Translations under genes and position numbers: made by a program
Shown: in pieces, positions 11,262-20,365 of the stretch
How positions within the stretch are numbered: the first letter of the stretch is position 1
How the letters are laid out: each line of letters opens with the position of its first letter
Assembly: GCA_021826505.1 (NCBI GenBank)
Contig: JAKAZV010000003.1
Coordinates: forward strand, 643-64,642
Direction of reading: 5' to 3'
DNA from: Acidobacteriota bacterium
GTDB taxonomy: Bacteria > Acidobacteriota > Terriglobia > Terriglobales > SCQP01
Length of the DNA: 64,000 nucleotides
The notes under the pieces: generated by a model
What the model saw: only the letters and a program-made list of their open reading frames with translations
The model's database searches: none
What the model was told of the DNA's origin: nothing

Positions 11262-11933
11262 TCAATCGGTATTGCTGAAAAGCAGAACGCCATGAGAAAG
11301 CGATTCATGTACGGGCATGGACGGGTGGTGAGCGGATGCGGAGGAAGGCCGGGAAGGGTGGGTATGATGCAGATGATCGAGAATGGCGCGGACATAGGCG
11401 CGGGTTTCCGGATACGGCGGGACGTGGCCGCCGGCGGCCGCGACGGCGCCCGGGCCGGCATTGTAAGCCGCCAGACTCAAGCGCCGGTCGCCGTGAAAGC
11501 GCCGCAGCATGGCCTTTAAATATTTCACCCCGCCGCGAACATTCTGGCGGGGATCGAAAGGATCCCGCACGCCCAGATCGCGGGCCGTGCCGGGCATGAG
11601 CTGCATGAGGCCCATGGCGCCGGCGGAAGAGACAGCGCGTGGATTCCAGTCCGACTCCTGACGCGCCACCGCGCGCGCCAGCCGGGGGCTGACCTGATGA
11701 CGGCGCGCGATGCGGCTGACCAGATGGCGGAAAGCAGATGCGGAAGCGGATGTGCGTCGGCCGGAAGAAGACCCGAGCGCTGAGTCAACGCCGGCCCAGG
11801 CGGGGCCGGGCCGATTTTCGCGAAACATCCGGGCCAGGGCGGGACGGTTCCCCCGCACGGCAGCAGATGCCTGCGGCCAGGCGAAGCCGCTCAGCAGCAA
11901 CAGGCAGGCCGGAATGGCCGGGCGCAGGATCAT
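11262..11933 (-). CDS. Lytic transglycosylase (SLT domain)
   Basis: ESDWNPRAVSSAGAMGLMQLMPGTARDLG and AYNAGPGAV motifs, plus an N-terminal signal peptide. Confidence 0.8.
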   Translation of the reverse strand: MILRPAIPACLLLLSGFAWPQASAAVRGNRPALARMFRENRPGPAWAGVDSALGSSSGRRTSASASAFRHLVSRIARRHQVSPRLARAVARQESDWNPRAVSSAGAMGLMQLMPGTARDLGVRDPFDPRQNVRGGVKYLKAMLRRFHGDRRLSLAAYNAGPGAVAAAGGHVPPYPETRAYVRAILDHLHHTHPSRPSSASAHHPSMPVHESLSHGVLLFSNTD

Positions 11934-11942
11934 GGTTTGCCT

Positions 11943-13196
11943 TCAGGCGGCTTTGAGCCAGCGCAATAATTCCGGCAGCGTCGGGCGTTTGCCGGTCATC
12001 AATATGCCGATACGATAAACCTTGGCGGCGAAGCGAATGATGACCACGATGCCGGCCAGCATTAAAGCCAATGATAAGCCGATCTGCCATGACGGCGGAT
12101 GGCTGGCGGTCAGCCGAGTAACCATTAATACCGGGGCGAAGAACGGAATTTCCGAAAGCAAAACCGCCTTGAAGCTGGCCGGCGAGGTTAAGACCGCCGG
12201 GATGAGAATGACCGAGAGGACCAGGATCAAGGTAATCGGCATCTGGGTTTGCTGCATGTCCTGCTCATTGGAAATAATGGCGCCGGCGGCGGCGTACAAG
12301 GTGGCGTAGAGCAGGAAGCCCAGAATGAAATAGACAATTAACAACAGAAACACCGCCGGGCCGAGATGGGGAATATGCTGGAGGGCGGCATTCGAGCTCA
12401 TCCTGCTGTAGCCAATGACCAGCCCCACGCAGCCCAGCCAGACGGCAAACTGGGTCAGGCCGGCGGCGCCCAGGCCGATGATTTTGCCCAGCATCAAGGT
12501 AAAGGGATCCACCGCCGCCAGCACTACTTCGGCAATGCGGCCGGTTTTCTCTTCGGCCACGCCGCGCATGACGCTGATGCCATAAATAATGATGGCGATA
12601 TAAAGCAGCGTGGAAAGGACATAGGCCAAAGCGAAGGTCTGGCCCTGGTCGGCTTTGGCGCCGTTGCGGGTGACTTTATACTGCCGCAAATTCACCGGTT
12701 GCAGCAGCTTAGCCAACTTGCGGGCAGGCAAGCCGGCGGCCAGCAGGCGCTGGCGCTGAATCACACTTCCCACCGCCGACTGGAGCTTGCCCAGGACATA
12801 AAAGTTGGTCACGTCGCGGGCATAATAACGCACCCGGCGCAAGCCGGGCGAGATCACGAGCGCGCCATCAAAATGTTTGCGCAAGACCGCCGTCACCATA
12901 CCGGCCAAGGCCGGCGCCGTTCCGCCCGTGTCCGGAATGGAGGTCAGCAGGAATTGGGAGTTCTGATGGAATTTAATTTTTTCCAGGCGAGCCGACAAGG
13001 GAGCGAAGAGATGGCCCGATTCGTCCAATACCGCAATCCGGTATTGCTGCCGCGAGCCGCTGTGGCTGATGCTGATGATAAAGGCAATATAACCGGCCAT
13101 GAGCAGGGGAAAGAGCAAGGTGAAAATTAAAAACCCCTTGCTGCGCACACGCTGCAGGTATTCGCGGCGAATGACGATGAGAAGCTTAACGGGCAT
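11943..13196 (-). CDS. ABC-2 type transporter permease (NatB-like)
   Basis: 417 aa. One N-terminal TM helix, a large loop, then five or more TM helices. It overlaps the upstream ATPase gene by 11 nt. Confidence 0.7.
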   Translation of the reverse strand: MPVKLLIVIRREYLQRVRSKGFLIFTLLFPLLMAGYIAFIISISHSGSRQQYRIAVLDESGHLFAPLSARLEKIKFHQNSQFLLTSIPDTGGTAPALAGMVTAVLRKHFDGALVISPGLRRVRYYARDVTNFYVLGKLQSAVGSVIQRQRLLAAGLPARKLAKLLQPVNLRQYKVTRNGAKADQGQTFALAYVLSTLLYIAIIIYGISVMRGVAEEKTGRIAEVVLAAVDPFTLMLGKIIGLGAAGLTQFAVWLGCVGLVIGYSRMSSNAALQHIPHLGPAVFLLLIVYFILGFLLYATLYAAAGAIISNEQDMQQTQMPITLILVLSVILIPAVLTSPASFKAVLLSEIPFFAPVLMVTRLTASHPPSWQIGLSLALMLAGIVVIIRFAAKVYRIGILMTGKRPTLPELLRWLKAA

Positions 13197-14130
13197 AGGC
13201 CGGCTCCCGTTCGGGGCGGGCAGCGGAAGATTGGGCCGCCGCCACGGTGGTGAGGAATATTTCGTCGAGCGAGGGGACCAGGATTTCGAACTTGCGGATA
13301 TTCACGCGCGGCGCCAGAAAACGCACCACCTCCGGTGCGGCTTCGGCGGATTGGAGCTGCAGCTCCGCGTAGCTGTCATAGAGATCGGTTTTGCGCACGC
13401 CGGGGGCCTGATGCAGCCACTGTGCTTCGCCCGTGAACTCGATGCGCACCGTTTGTTTGCCAAATCCGGCCCGGATCTGCTGCAAATCGCCGTCCAGCAG
13501 TTTGCGGCCCCGGGCGATGAGGCATATGGAGTCGCAGAGCCGCTCGGCATCTTCCATGCGATGGGTGGAGAAGAGAATCGTTTTGCCCTGGCCGCGCAGT
13601 TCGAGCAGAACTTCGCGCACCAGACTGGCGTTGACTGGATCGAGGCCCGAGGTCAGCTCGTCGAGGATCAGAATGGGAGGGTCGGCGAGCAGAGTGACCG
13701 CAAACTGCAATTTCTGCTGCATGCCTTTGGAGAGCTCATTGACTTTTTTATCAGCCCAATCGCTCAGTTCCAGGCGCTGCAGCCAGTACTGGCCGCGGCG
13801 CCGGGCCTCGGCGCGAGGCACATTTTTCAGCTCCCCGAAATAAGTGAGCTGATCGAGAATCTTCATCTTGGCATAGAGCCCGCGTTCCTCGGGCAGATAG
13901 CCAATCTGATCCTGTTCCTTGCGGCCGGCGGGACGGCCAAGAATTTGAATTTCGCCCTGATCCGGCATGAGGATATTCATGATCATCCGGATGGTGGTGG
14001 TTTTGCCCGAGCCGTTGGGACCGAGCAGGCCATACACGCTTCCCGCCGCGATACACAGATCAAGGTTGGCGACGGCCTGGGTCTCGCCGTAGGCTTTGCA
14101 AACCTGGTGCAACTGGATGGCGTTGGGCAT
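13186..14130 (-). CDS. ABC transporter ATP-binding protein (NatA-like)
   Basis: Walker A GLLGPNGSGKTTT, signature LSKGMQQK, Walker B ILILDELTSGLD. Confidence 0.85.
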   Translation of the reverse strand: MPNAIQLHQVCKAYGETQAVANLDLCIAAGSVYGLLGPNGSGKTTTIRMIMNILMPDQGEIQILGRPAGRKEQDQIGYLPEERGLYAKMKILDQLTYFGELKNVPRAEARRRGQYWLQRLELSDWADKKVNELSKGMQQKLQFAVTLLADPPILILDELTSGLDPVNASLVREVLLELRGQGKTILFSTHRMEDAERLCDSICLIARGRKLLDGDLQQIRAGFGKQTVRIEFTGEAQWLHQAPGVRKTDLYDSYAELQLQSAEAAPEVVRFLAPRVNIRKFEILVPSLDEIFLTTVAAAQSSAARPEREPAYAR

Positions 14131-14203
14131 AGTTTTTAAATTTTGAAACCGGCGAGCTTCAGGCGACGTCTCAACTCCAGTAGGTAGCTGCCTTTGTGCT
14201 GCG

Positions 14204-14241
14204 ACGGAGATCGAAGATATACCCCTCCCTTCGATCTCCGT
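14204..14241. repeat. Perfect 13-bp inverted repeat (hairpin) in the intergenic region
   Basis: ACGGAGATCGAAG (14204-14216), a 12-nt loop, then CTTCGATCTCCGT (14229-14241). There is no flanking U-tract on either strand. Confidence 0.6.
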
Positions 14242-14329
14242 TGTATATCAAGCCAAGCCGAATCGATCCCACCTGGCTTACGCCAAGTCTCGGCGACATA
14301 GTATCGCATGAGAGGGGAAGGGAATGCCA

Positions 14330-17146
14330 TCAAGGGCGCGGGAAAACGGTATGCCGGGGAGCCGGCATGGGAGTATTGCCTTTAGCGGCTCGCCATAGAA
14401 TGGCATTTAATACCGCGGAATTGTCCCGGTCGGGCTGGCGGAAATCCATGGCCAGCGAACGCTTTGCGCCGGGGCCATGCAGGGGGTTCATGCGATAGAT
14501 CAGGCCATTGCGGCGGTTCCGCACGCGGGCGCGAAATGGGGATTGCGAGCCCGGACCTTGAAACAATTCGGTCATGGCCGAGGCGCGGGCATCGTTGTTG
14601 TTCATCGGCGGCAGGCCGAGTAAAACCTCGATGGTGCGGATCATATTGACGGTGGTATAGAAATGATGGTCTACATGATTGCGCCGTAAAGGAGCATAGG
14701 CGCTGATGACGAGCGCGGTGCTGCGGTGGGCATCCACATGATCAGGGCCATTCTGGGCATCGTCCTCCAGCACAAAAATGGCGGTGTCCGGCCAATAGGA
14801 GCTGTGGGATATGGCCTGTACGATGCGCCCCAGCGCCAGATCATTGTCGGCGACGGCGGCGGCGGGTTGAGGATAATAGGGCCGCGTGCCGGCGGTATGA
14901 TCCTCGGGCAGCCAGACGATTTCCAGCCGGGGCATGACGGGACCATGGCCGGCGCGGCGGTCGCGGACAAAGGCGCGAAATTCGCGCAAGTATTCGTCGG
15001 CGCGCAACTGATCGGGATAGTTGAGGCGAAAGGCCGGGTAGCGGGGATCAAAATGCCCGCGCACGGAGGCAAAGGTGGCCTGATTGCCGGCCAGGATGGG
15101 AATCGGCCAGGGCCAGGGACTGGGCCGGCCGGAATCGGCGCCCAGGCCCGCCGGCAGGGGCTGATGGGGTTCGATGAAACTTGCGGCACAGCGGCGCGCG
15201 GCCGCGCTGGGCGAACCATTGCGGCCATTGGTATTGCGATTCGATCTGTTACACCAGTGCGAGGCCAGGTCTTCGCCATAAATCCGGAAGCTGATGCCAT
15301 GGCGCGCGGCATCGGACCAGAGATATCGAGTGCTGGGCTCATCCAGGTTCGGTATGCCCTCGCGCAGAGGGTAGCCATCGGCGACCGAGCCCTGGAAATC
15401 ATAGGGCCGCTCGCCGCCGCGATAGTTGAGCTCCCAGTTTTTCTCGTTATAGTCGCTGGTTATAGCCGCATCGGACCATTCATGGCCGTCGGCGGATACT
15501 TCGGCGCTGACATAGAAATTGTCCAGGATGCCGAATTGACGGGCCATGGCGTGTTCGTTGGGGGTTATCGCCTCACAATACATGCAAAACGCGCGGTCAC
15601 CGTTGCCGGGCAGGTCGCCAAAGACCTGATCGTACGTGCGGTTTTCCTTGATGATGTAAACCACATGGCGGATGGGATTGCGGCGCCCCGGAAACATGGC
15701 CGTACGCGGAGGCCGGTTCATGCGATTGGCCCATGCGACCTGGTGGGTCCAAAAGGGCAGGCGCGCCAGCATGGGACGCAGGCTGAGCGTGGCCACGGAG
15801 CCGCGGATCAGCTTGGGGATATAGGTGAAAAAGGGTGGATGGTGGAGCTTGGCATTGGGCCCGGTGCCGATGCCTTTGCCGGAAATGACATAGAGCCGAT
15901 CGTGGTGAACCGCCAGGGCCGTGGGATACCATTGGGCCGGAAGAAAGCCCTGGGCCAGAATAAGCGGCGCGGTTGCGGGCAATGCCGGGTTCATACGGAT
16001 GGGCCGCAGTTGAAAGACCGCAATGCCATCCTGAGCGGCATCGGCGACATAAAGATGGTTGCCCCGCGGGCTTTGCGCCAGGCCTTCGGGATAAGTTCCG
16101 CGGTATTGCTGGGCTGGCAAGCGGGTAGAAAGCCAGGCGCGGACCTGTCCGGTGCGGCGGTTGATCATAGCCACACGATCGCGATTGGAGAGAGTGACAT
16201 AAAGCCAGCGTCCATGCGGGCTGAGCAGGAGCGCGGTGGGATGCGAGCCTGGCGCTATCGGCGATGCCGGGCGCAACAGCGGCCAGAGCTGCTTATGCCC
16301 GGTTTGCAGATTCACCCGCGCGACGGCGGAGCCGTTCCATAAACTGCAGTAAGCGAAATGGCCGTGTGGAGAGACCACCACGCCGTAAGGAAAGGCGGCG
16401 GGGATCACGGACGCGTCAGCCAGGTTGAAGCGGCGCAAAAGTTTTCCGCTACGGGCATTGAGCAGCATGAGGCTATCGGATAAATCCCCGGCCACCAGCA
16501 GACGGTCGCCAGCGGGCGCGGGCCATACAGCCAGGCCGGCGGGGAAAGGATTCACAAAACCACGCGGGACAAAATGCAGGGTGTTGCGATGACCGGGCGG
16601 CAACGGCTGCAAGGGAATGGGTAGAAAACGGGATGGCCGCAAAAGGCCGGACTGAAAACGATATACGGCAATGCCGTTGCCTAAATCACCCGGCCGGCGG
16701 CCCTGGGGGTCACGGTAGGCGCCGACAGAGGCATAAAGCTGGTGGCCGTGGGAACCCCAGGCCAGACCCATATAGTAGGTTTGATGGGCATGCAGATGAA
16801 GGCGGGGGTCGGGGAAGTCCCGTACCTGACCTGTCGCCAAATTCAGGATGGCGATGGATTGATCGTTATGCGAAGCATCGTCGCCGTAACCATTATTCAA
16901 AATGGCCAGGTAGCGTTGATTGGGGCTGAGAGCGGCGACGGTGGGGAAACTGTTGAGCCGGCGCACCGGTCCCGGGTAGGGCAGGGACATTTTTTTACCC
17001 GTGGACAGGGACAAAACTTTGCTCGCGCGTCCCGGTCTTGCAAGATAACGAGCTCCGGCCAGAACGATGATGGAAAGGGCAAAAGCCGCGATCCAGCCGA
17101 AAACGATTCGCGGGCGGAAGGAGGGGAAAAAGGGTAGTTGGCGCAT
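14330..17146 (-). CDS. Beta-propeller (YncE/lactonase-like repeats) fused to a phosphoesterase (PLC/AcpA family) domain
   Basis: 938 aa. The N-terminal half has repeated LYV/LYA...G..V propeller-like units. The C-terminal half starts with the phosphoesterase hallmark VVYIIKENRTYDQVFGDL and later has VLEDDAQNGPDHVDAHRS. Confidence 0.7.
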   Translation of the reverse strand: MRQLPFFPSFRPRIVFGWIAAFALSIIVLAGARYLARPGRASKVLSLSTGKKMSLPYPGPVRRLNSFPTVAALSPNQRYLAILNNGYGDDASHNDQSIAILNLATGQVRDFPDPRLHLHAHQTYYMGLAWGSHGHQLYASVGAYRDPQGRRPGDLGNGIAVYRFQSGLLRPSRFLPIPLQPLPPGHRNTLHFVPRGFVNPFPAGLAVWPAPAGDRLLVAGDLSDSLMLLNARSGKLLRRFNLADASVIPAAFPYGVVVSPHGHFAYCSLWNGSAVARVNLQTGHKQLWPLLRPASPIAPGSHPTALLLSPHGRWLYVTLSNRDRVAMINRRTGQVRAWLSTRLPAQQYRGTYPEGLAQSPRGNHLYVADAAQDGIAVFQLRPIRMNPALPATAPLILAQGFLPAQWYPTALAVHHDRLYVISGKGIGTGPNAKLHHPPFFTYIPKLIRGSVATLSLRPMLARLPFWTHQVAWANRMNRPPRTAMFPGRRNPIRHVVYIIKENRTYDQVFGDLPGNGDRAFCMYCEAITPNEHAMARQFGILDNFYVSAEVSADGHEWSDAAITSDYNEKNWELNYRGGERPYDFQGSVADGYPLREGIPNLDEPSTRYLWSDAARHGISFRIYGEDLASHWCNRSNRNTNGRNGSPSAAARRCAASFIEPHQPLPAGLGADSGRPSPWPWPIPILAGNQATFASVRGHFDPRYPAFRLNYPDQLRADEYLREFRAFVRDRRAGHGPVMPRLEIVWLPEDHTAGTRPYYPQPAAAVADNDLALGRIVQAISHSSYWPDTAIFVLEDDAQNGPDHVDAHRSTALVISAYAPLRRNHVDHHFYTTVNMIRTIEVLLGLPPMNNNDARASAMTELFQGPGSQSPFRARVRNRRNGLIYRMNPLHGPGAKRSLAMDFRQPDRDNSAVLNAILWRAAKGNTPMPAPRHTVFPRP

Positions 17147-17214
17147 GGCTCGATTCCTGCGATTCGACTCCCAGCCGCGATTCTGTTTACAGTTTCAGGT
17201 GGTATTTTCAAAAG

Positions 17215-17894
17215 ATGCCGGTTGCCCGGATCATCAGCATACAGATTGCACAACCTGCGCGGGTGCCGCGCCCGGAAGGGGAATTGTACACGGCTTGCGG
17301 CAAGACTTCTGTAAACGGCCGGGCATGGGTCAGTCCTGAAGGGGTCCAGGGCGACCGGCAAGCAGACAGGAAAAACCATGGCGGGCCGGAACGGGCGGTG
17401 TTGGCCTATGCGGCGGCCCATTACCCGATCTGGCAGGCGGAGCTGGATAGGCATGGCAAGAATTCATCATTGGCATGGGGCGCGTTTGGTGAAAACTTTA
17501 CGGTTGAAGGCATGGAAGAAGCGAGCGTGGCTATCGGCGACCAATATGAATGCAGCGCGCTGCGGCTGGAAGTTTCGTATCCCCGGGAGCCGTGTTCCAA
17601 GCTGGGGCGTTTTTTGCAAGTTCATGGCCTTGACCACAGGATTCGCCCAGTCTGCGCAGCGGCTGGTTTTTCCGGGTGTTGAGCGCCGGCTGGGCGGAAA
17701 CGGGTCAGGAATTGGTTCTGCAGGCGCGGCCTTTCCCGCAATGGACTGTTGCCCGGGTGAGCGCGATCATGTATCACGGCTGGCGTGATCCCGCCCAACG
17801 CGCGGCGATTGGGGCATTGGCCGGGGTCGAGGTGTTTTCCTGGAACTGGCGCAAGCGGTTTATTCAACGCGTGCAGGAATTCCGGGATTCGTAG
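17215..17894 (+). pseudogene. MOSC-domain protein (YiiM-like) interrupted by a frameshift at about 17634-17660
   Basis: ORF 17215-17682 has the MOSC core (GVQGDRQADRKNHGGPERAVL, GENFTVEG, REPCSKLGRF). The expected continuation SGWFFRVLSAGWAETGQELVLQARPFPQWTVARV is in the frame of ORF 17676-17894, which is open from 17634. Confidence 0.65.
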
Positions 17895-17909
17895 CGGAAA
17901 CCAGCAAGA

Positions 17910-18785
17910 TTAACTGAGATGTAATTCGCCGCGAATGCGGCTGGCGAGCTGCGGCAAAGAAGACAAGGGCACGAGCTGGATGCCGGAGCTTTGCAGTAAT
18001 TCCGCGTGTTCCGTCCAGGGTGATTCAAGGACATCTGCCGCGGAATCCGGCCTCGGCTGGTCAGCCGCCGATTCCTGGTCTATACCCACTGATGGATGCA
18101 TGGGCGCATCATGCACGGCTTCAATATGAAGCTGCTCCTGGTGATTGGATAGCTGGCGCCTCAGCCGTTCGACGCTGAAGCAAAGGGTTTTGATTTCGTT
18201 TTCGGGGCTCTCGGCGCTGACCGCCTGCAGCAGATGATGCGCGCCATTGGGCTTGTAATAGTAATCAAAGCGGAAATTGTCGTGTCCGCCCGCGAGTTGC
18301 CGGGCGAGGACCTGGGTGGAAAGATGGGGCAGGATGCCGCTTTGTTCGAAGGCCGTGTGCATGGCGTTGAGAATTTGACGGCGTGGTCTCTGTGTCCGCT
18401 CTTCGCCGGATGCGGCAACCGGCGGTTCGGCATATTGGCGGAAAAGCGTGGCGAGTTCGGCGGCGGGATCGGCGGTGAGAACGGTTTTTGCTCCGCTTAC
18501 GGTCAAGCCATGGGAAAACTTATCCTCGGCCATTTCCAGCCAGGCGCCGGGGTCATGCTGGATCAGCTCGCGCAGGTGGTTTTCCAGTCCCGGGAGATCG
18601 GAGTCGAGTCGGAAATCCGGAAACAGACAACGCAAACGGCGATCATCGGCAATGAGTTTCAGGCCGGAAAAGCCGCCATCCGGCTGGAACAGACCGACGC
18701 CGATATTGATGAACTCATGCCGCACCGGGTCGGGCGCAACCCGGATCAGGAAATAGCGGCAGGCGAAAAGTTGCGGGTCGGCCAT
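17910..18785 (-). CDS. DUF3037-like protein (uncharacterised family)
   Basis: 291 aa. The N-terminus CRYFLIRVAPDPVRHEFINIGVGLF matches my recollection of the DUF3037 signature. The start lies 2 nt after the stop of the upstream kinase gene. Confidence 0.6.
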   Translation of the reverse strand: MADPQLFACRYFLIRVAPDPVRHEFINIGVGLFQPDGGFSGLKLIADDRRLRCLFPDFRLDSDLPGLENHLRELIQHDPGAWLEMAEDKFSHGLTVSGAKTVLTADPAAELATLFRQYAEPPVAASGEERTQRPRRQILNAMHTAFEQSGILPHLSTQVLARQLAGGHDNFRFDYYYKPNGAHHLLQAVSAESPENEIKTLCFSVERLRRQLSNHQEQLHIEAVHDAPMHPSVGIDQESAADQPRPDSAADVLESPWTEHAELLQSSGIQLVPLSSLPQLASRIRGELHLS

Positions 18786-18787
18786 GA

Positions 18788-19624
18788 TTAATCTCCTGCG
18801 CCGGCGGCGAGGCTGACGGTGGCGGGAACGTCATCGCGCCACTGAGGAAATGGGTTACGCACCGAGGCGCGCACCGCTGCCAGCAGGTCGCGCAAGCGTT
18901 CGCGGCGCTGCGCCAATTGCCGCAACAGGCGCTCCAGATCATCCCAGGAACCGTACCATTCCGGAGGAACGTGCTCGCCGCAGCTGTAAATAACCTCTTC
19001 TGGGCACTGTTCGATGCGGGCCAGCCAGGGCGCAAATGAATCCCAGCCTCGCACCGCCTGGTACACCTGATTGCGGCTGTACACGCCGCGCAACGGACTA
19101 TCCGGGAAATTCCAGTCGCCGGCATTAAAGCAAAAGCCCTGGTCAATCATGAAAACCCGCATGGGGCGCCGGGGATGGGGACGGCAAAAAATCACCTGGC
19201 GGCCGTTGCAATTGCAGGTCCATTTATCGAAGCAGAGCATGCCGGCAAAGTCGCGCAGGTTGGCCACCAGATCGAGGCCCGCGTCGGGCAGGTAATCAAA
19301 GATCGGAGCGTGCGGGTCCGCGCAAGGCAGGCGGGAAGCGAATTGCAGGCCGGCGGAACAGCGCAGGACTTCGCCCGCCACCCGCAAAACCAGTTCCGGC
19401 GAGCCGGCGATGAGGGAGGCCGGGACTTCGATCAAATCACACGGCGGGACGGGCAGCGCCAGCCATTGCGCCAGGCGCGCGGCGATATATTCGTTGGCGA
19501 GCACGCGCCGGTGCTGGGGATTATTTTGAAATTTGACTACATAGTAATGGCCGTCGTCGGCCCGCAGCAGATGCGACTGCGCGCCTCCCTTCATGGGGCG
19601 AATATGTTCGACGGCCCGCAGCAT
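18788..19624 (-). CDS. HipA-like (HipA_2-type) putative protein kinase
   Basis: 278 aa. IRPMKGGAQSHLLRADDGHYYVVKF (Gly-rich segment plus VVKF lysine), ANEYIAARLAQWLALPVP, FDKWTCNCNGRQ and FMIDQGFCF resemble HipA-family kinase blocks. Confidence 0.55.
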   Translation of the reverse strand: MLRAVEHIRPMKGGAQSHLLRADDGHYYVVKFQNNPQHRRVLANEYIAARLAQWLALPVPPCDLIEVPASLIAGSPELVLRVAGEVLRCSAGLQFASRLPCADPHAPIFDYLPDAGLDLVANLRDFAGMLCFDKWTCNCNGRQVIFCRPHPRRPMRVFMIDQGFCFNAGDWNFPDSPLRGVYSRNQVYQAVRGWDSFAPWLARIEQCPEEVIYSCGEHVPPEWYGSWDDLERLLRQLAQRRERLRDLLAAVRASVRNPFPQWRDDVPATVSLAAGAGD

Positions 19625-19628
19625 AAGC

Positions 19629-20216
19629 CTAACTTGAGGCTATTTTACGCCGGCCCAGCCCATAGCCGAGCCCCAGCAGGGCACAGGAGACGAGCATGAC
19701 CGAAACCGGGTGATGCCGCAGAGCGGCCAGCGCCTGGGCGCCAAACCGCAGCGCCAGCCAGGCTTCGAGAAAATAACGGAGACCGCGGCCGGCGGCCATG
19801 GACGCGGTGAAATGCGGATACGACATTTCAAAGGCCCCCGCGCCCACGATAAAAATCTTAAAAGGCAAGGGCGGCGGCAACAGCGCCGGCAGCGCCACCG
19901 CCAGCACTTCGTGGCGCTCAAACCAGCGATGCATGCGCTGGAATTTTTCTCCCGGCAAATGGCGCTCGGTCCAGGGTCCACCCCAATGCCGCACCAGCGC
20001 GAACAGCAGGACACTGCCCGCGGTGGAACCCGCCGTGGCGACGAGTGCGTACCAGGGCAGCCGAAACGGGTGTTGCAGCACCAGCGCGATCATCAGCACT
20101 TCCGGCAGCATGGGAATGCTGCAGGAATCTATGAAGGCCATGAGAAACAGCCCCCAGACGCCCCAGCGGGAAAACAGATGCTCGACAAGCTGAAATAAAT
20201 GAGCTAAAACGGACAC
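19629..20216 (-). CDS. YqaA/DedA (VTT-domain) family membrane protein
   Basis: 195 aa. WGLFLMAFIDSCSIPMLPEVL followed by 4-5 TM helices. GTG start. The stop is 4 nt before the kinase start. Confidence 0.65.
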   Translation of the reverse strand: MSVLAHLFQLVEHLFSRWGVWGLFLMAFIDSCSIPMLPEVLMIALVLQHPFRLPWYALVATAGSTAGSVLLFALVRHWGGPWTERHLPGEKFQRMHRWFERHEVLAVALPALLPPPLPFKIFIVGAGAFEMSYPHFTASMAAGRGLRYFLEAWLALRFGAQALAALRHHPVSVMLVSCALLGLGYGLGRRKIASS

Positions 20217-20365
20217 ACTTCAGCATAACGGAATCCAGAGCAACATCAGGAGGGGTCACCGAAGGCAGATTCCAAAAATGAACAAACCGGAGGCACGTAA
20301 ACCCACCGGATTACGGCGGGCATTTCCACTTTTCCCCGCCTGTCCTCATCTACTATGTTTAGAGC

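Noticed and set aside
14136-14333. A 65-aa minus-strand ORF in the intergenic region containing the 13-bp hairpin.
   Set aside because: It spans the hairpin and repeat-like sequence, has no RBS, and its composition is not protein-like.
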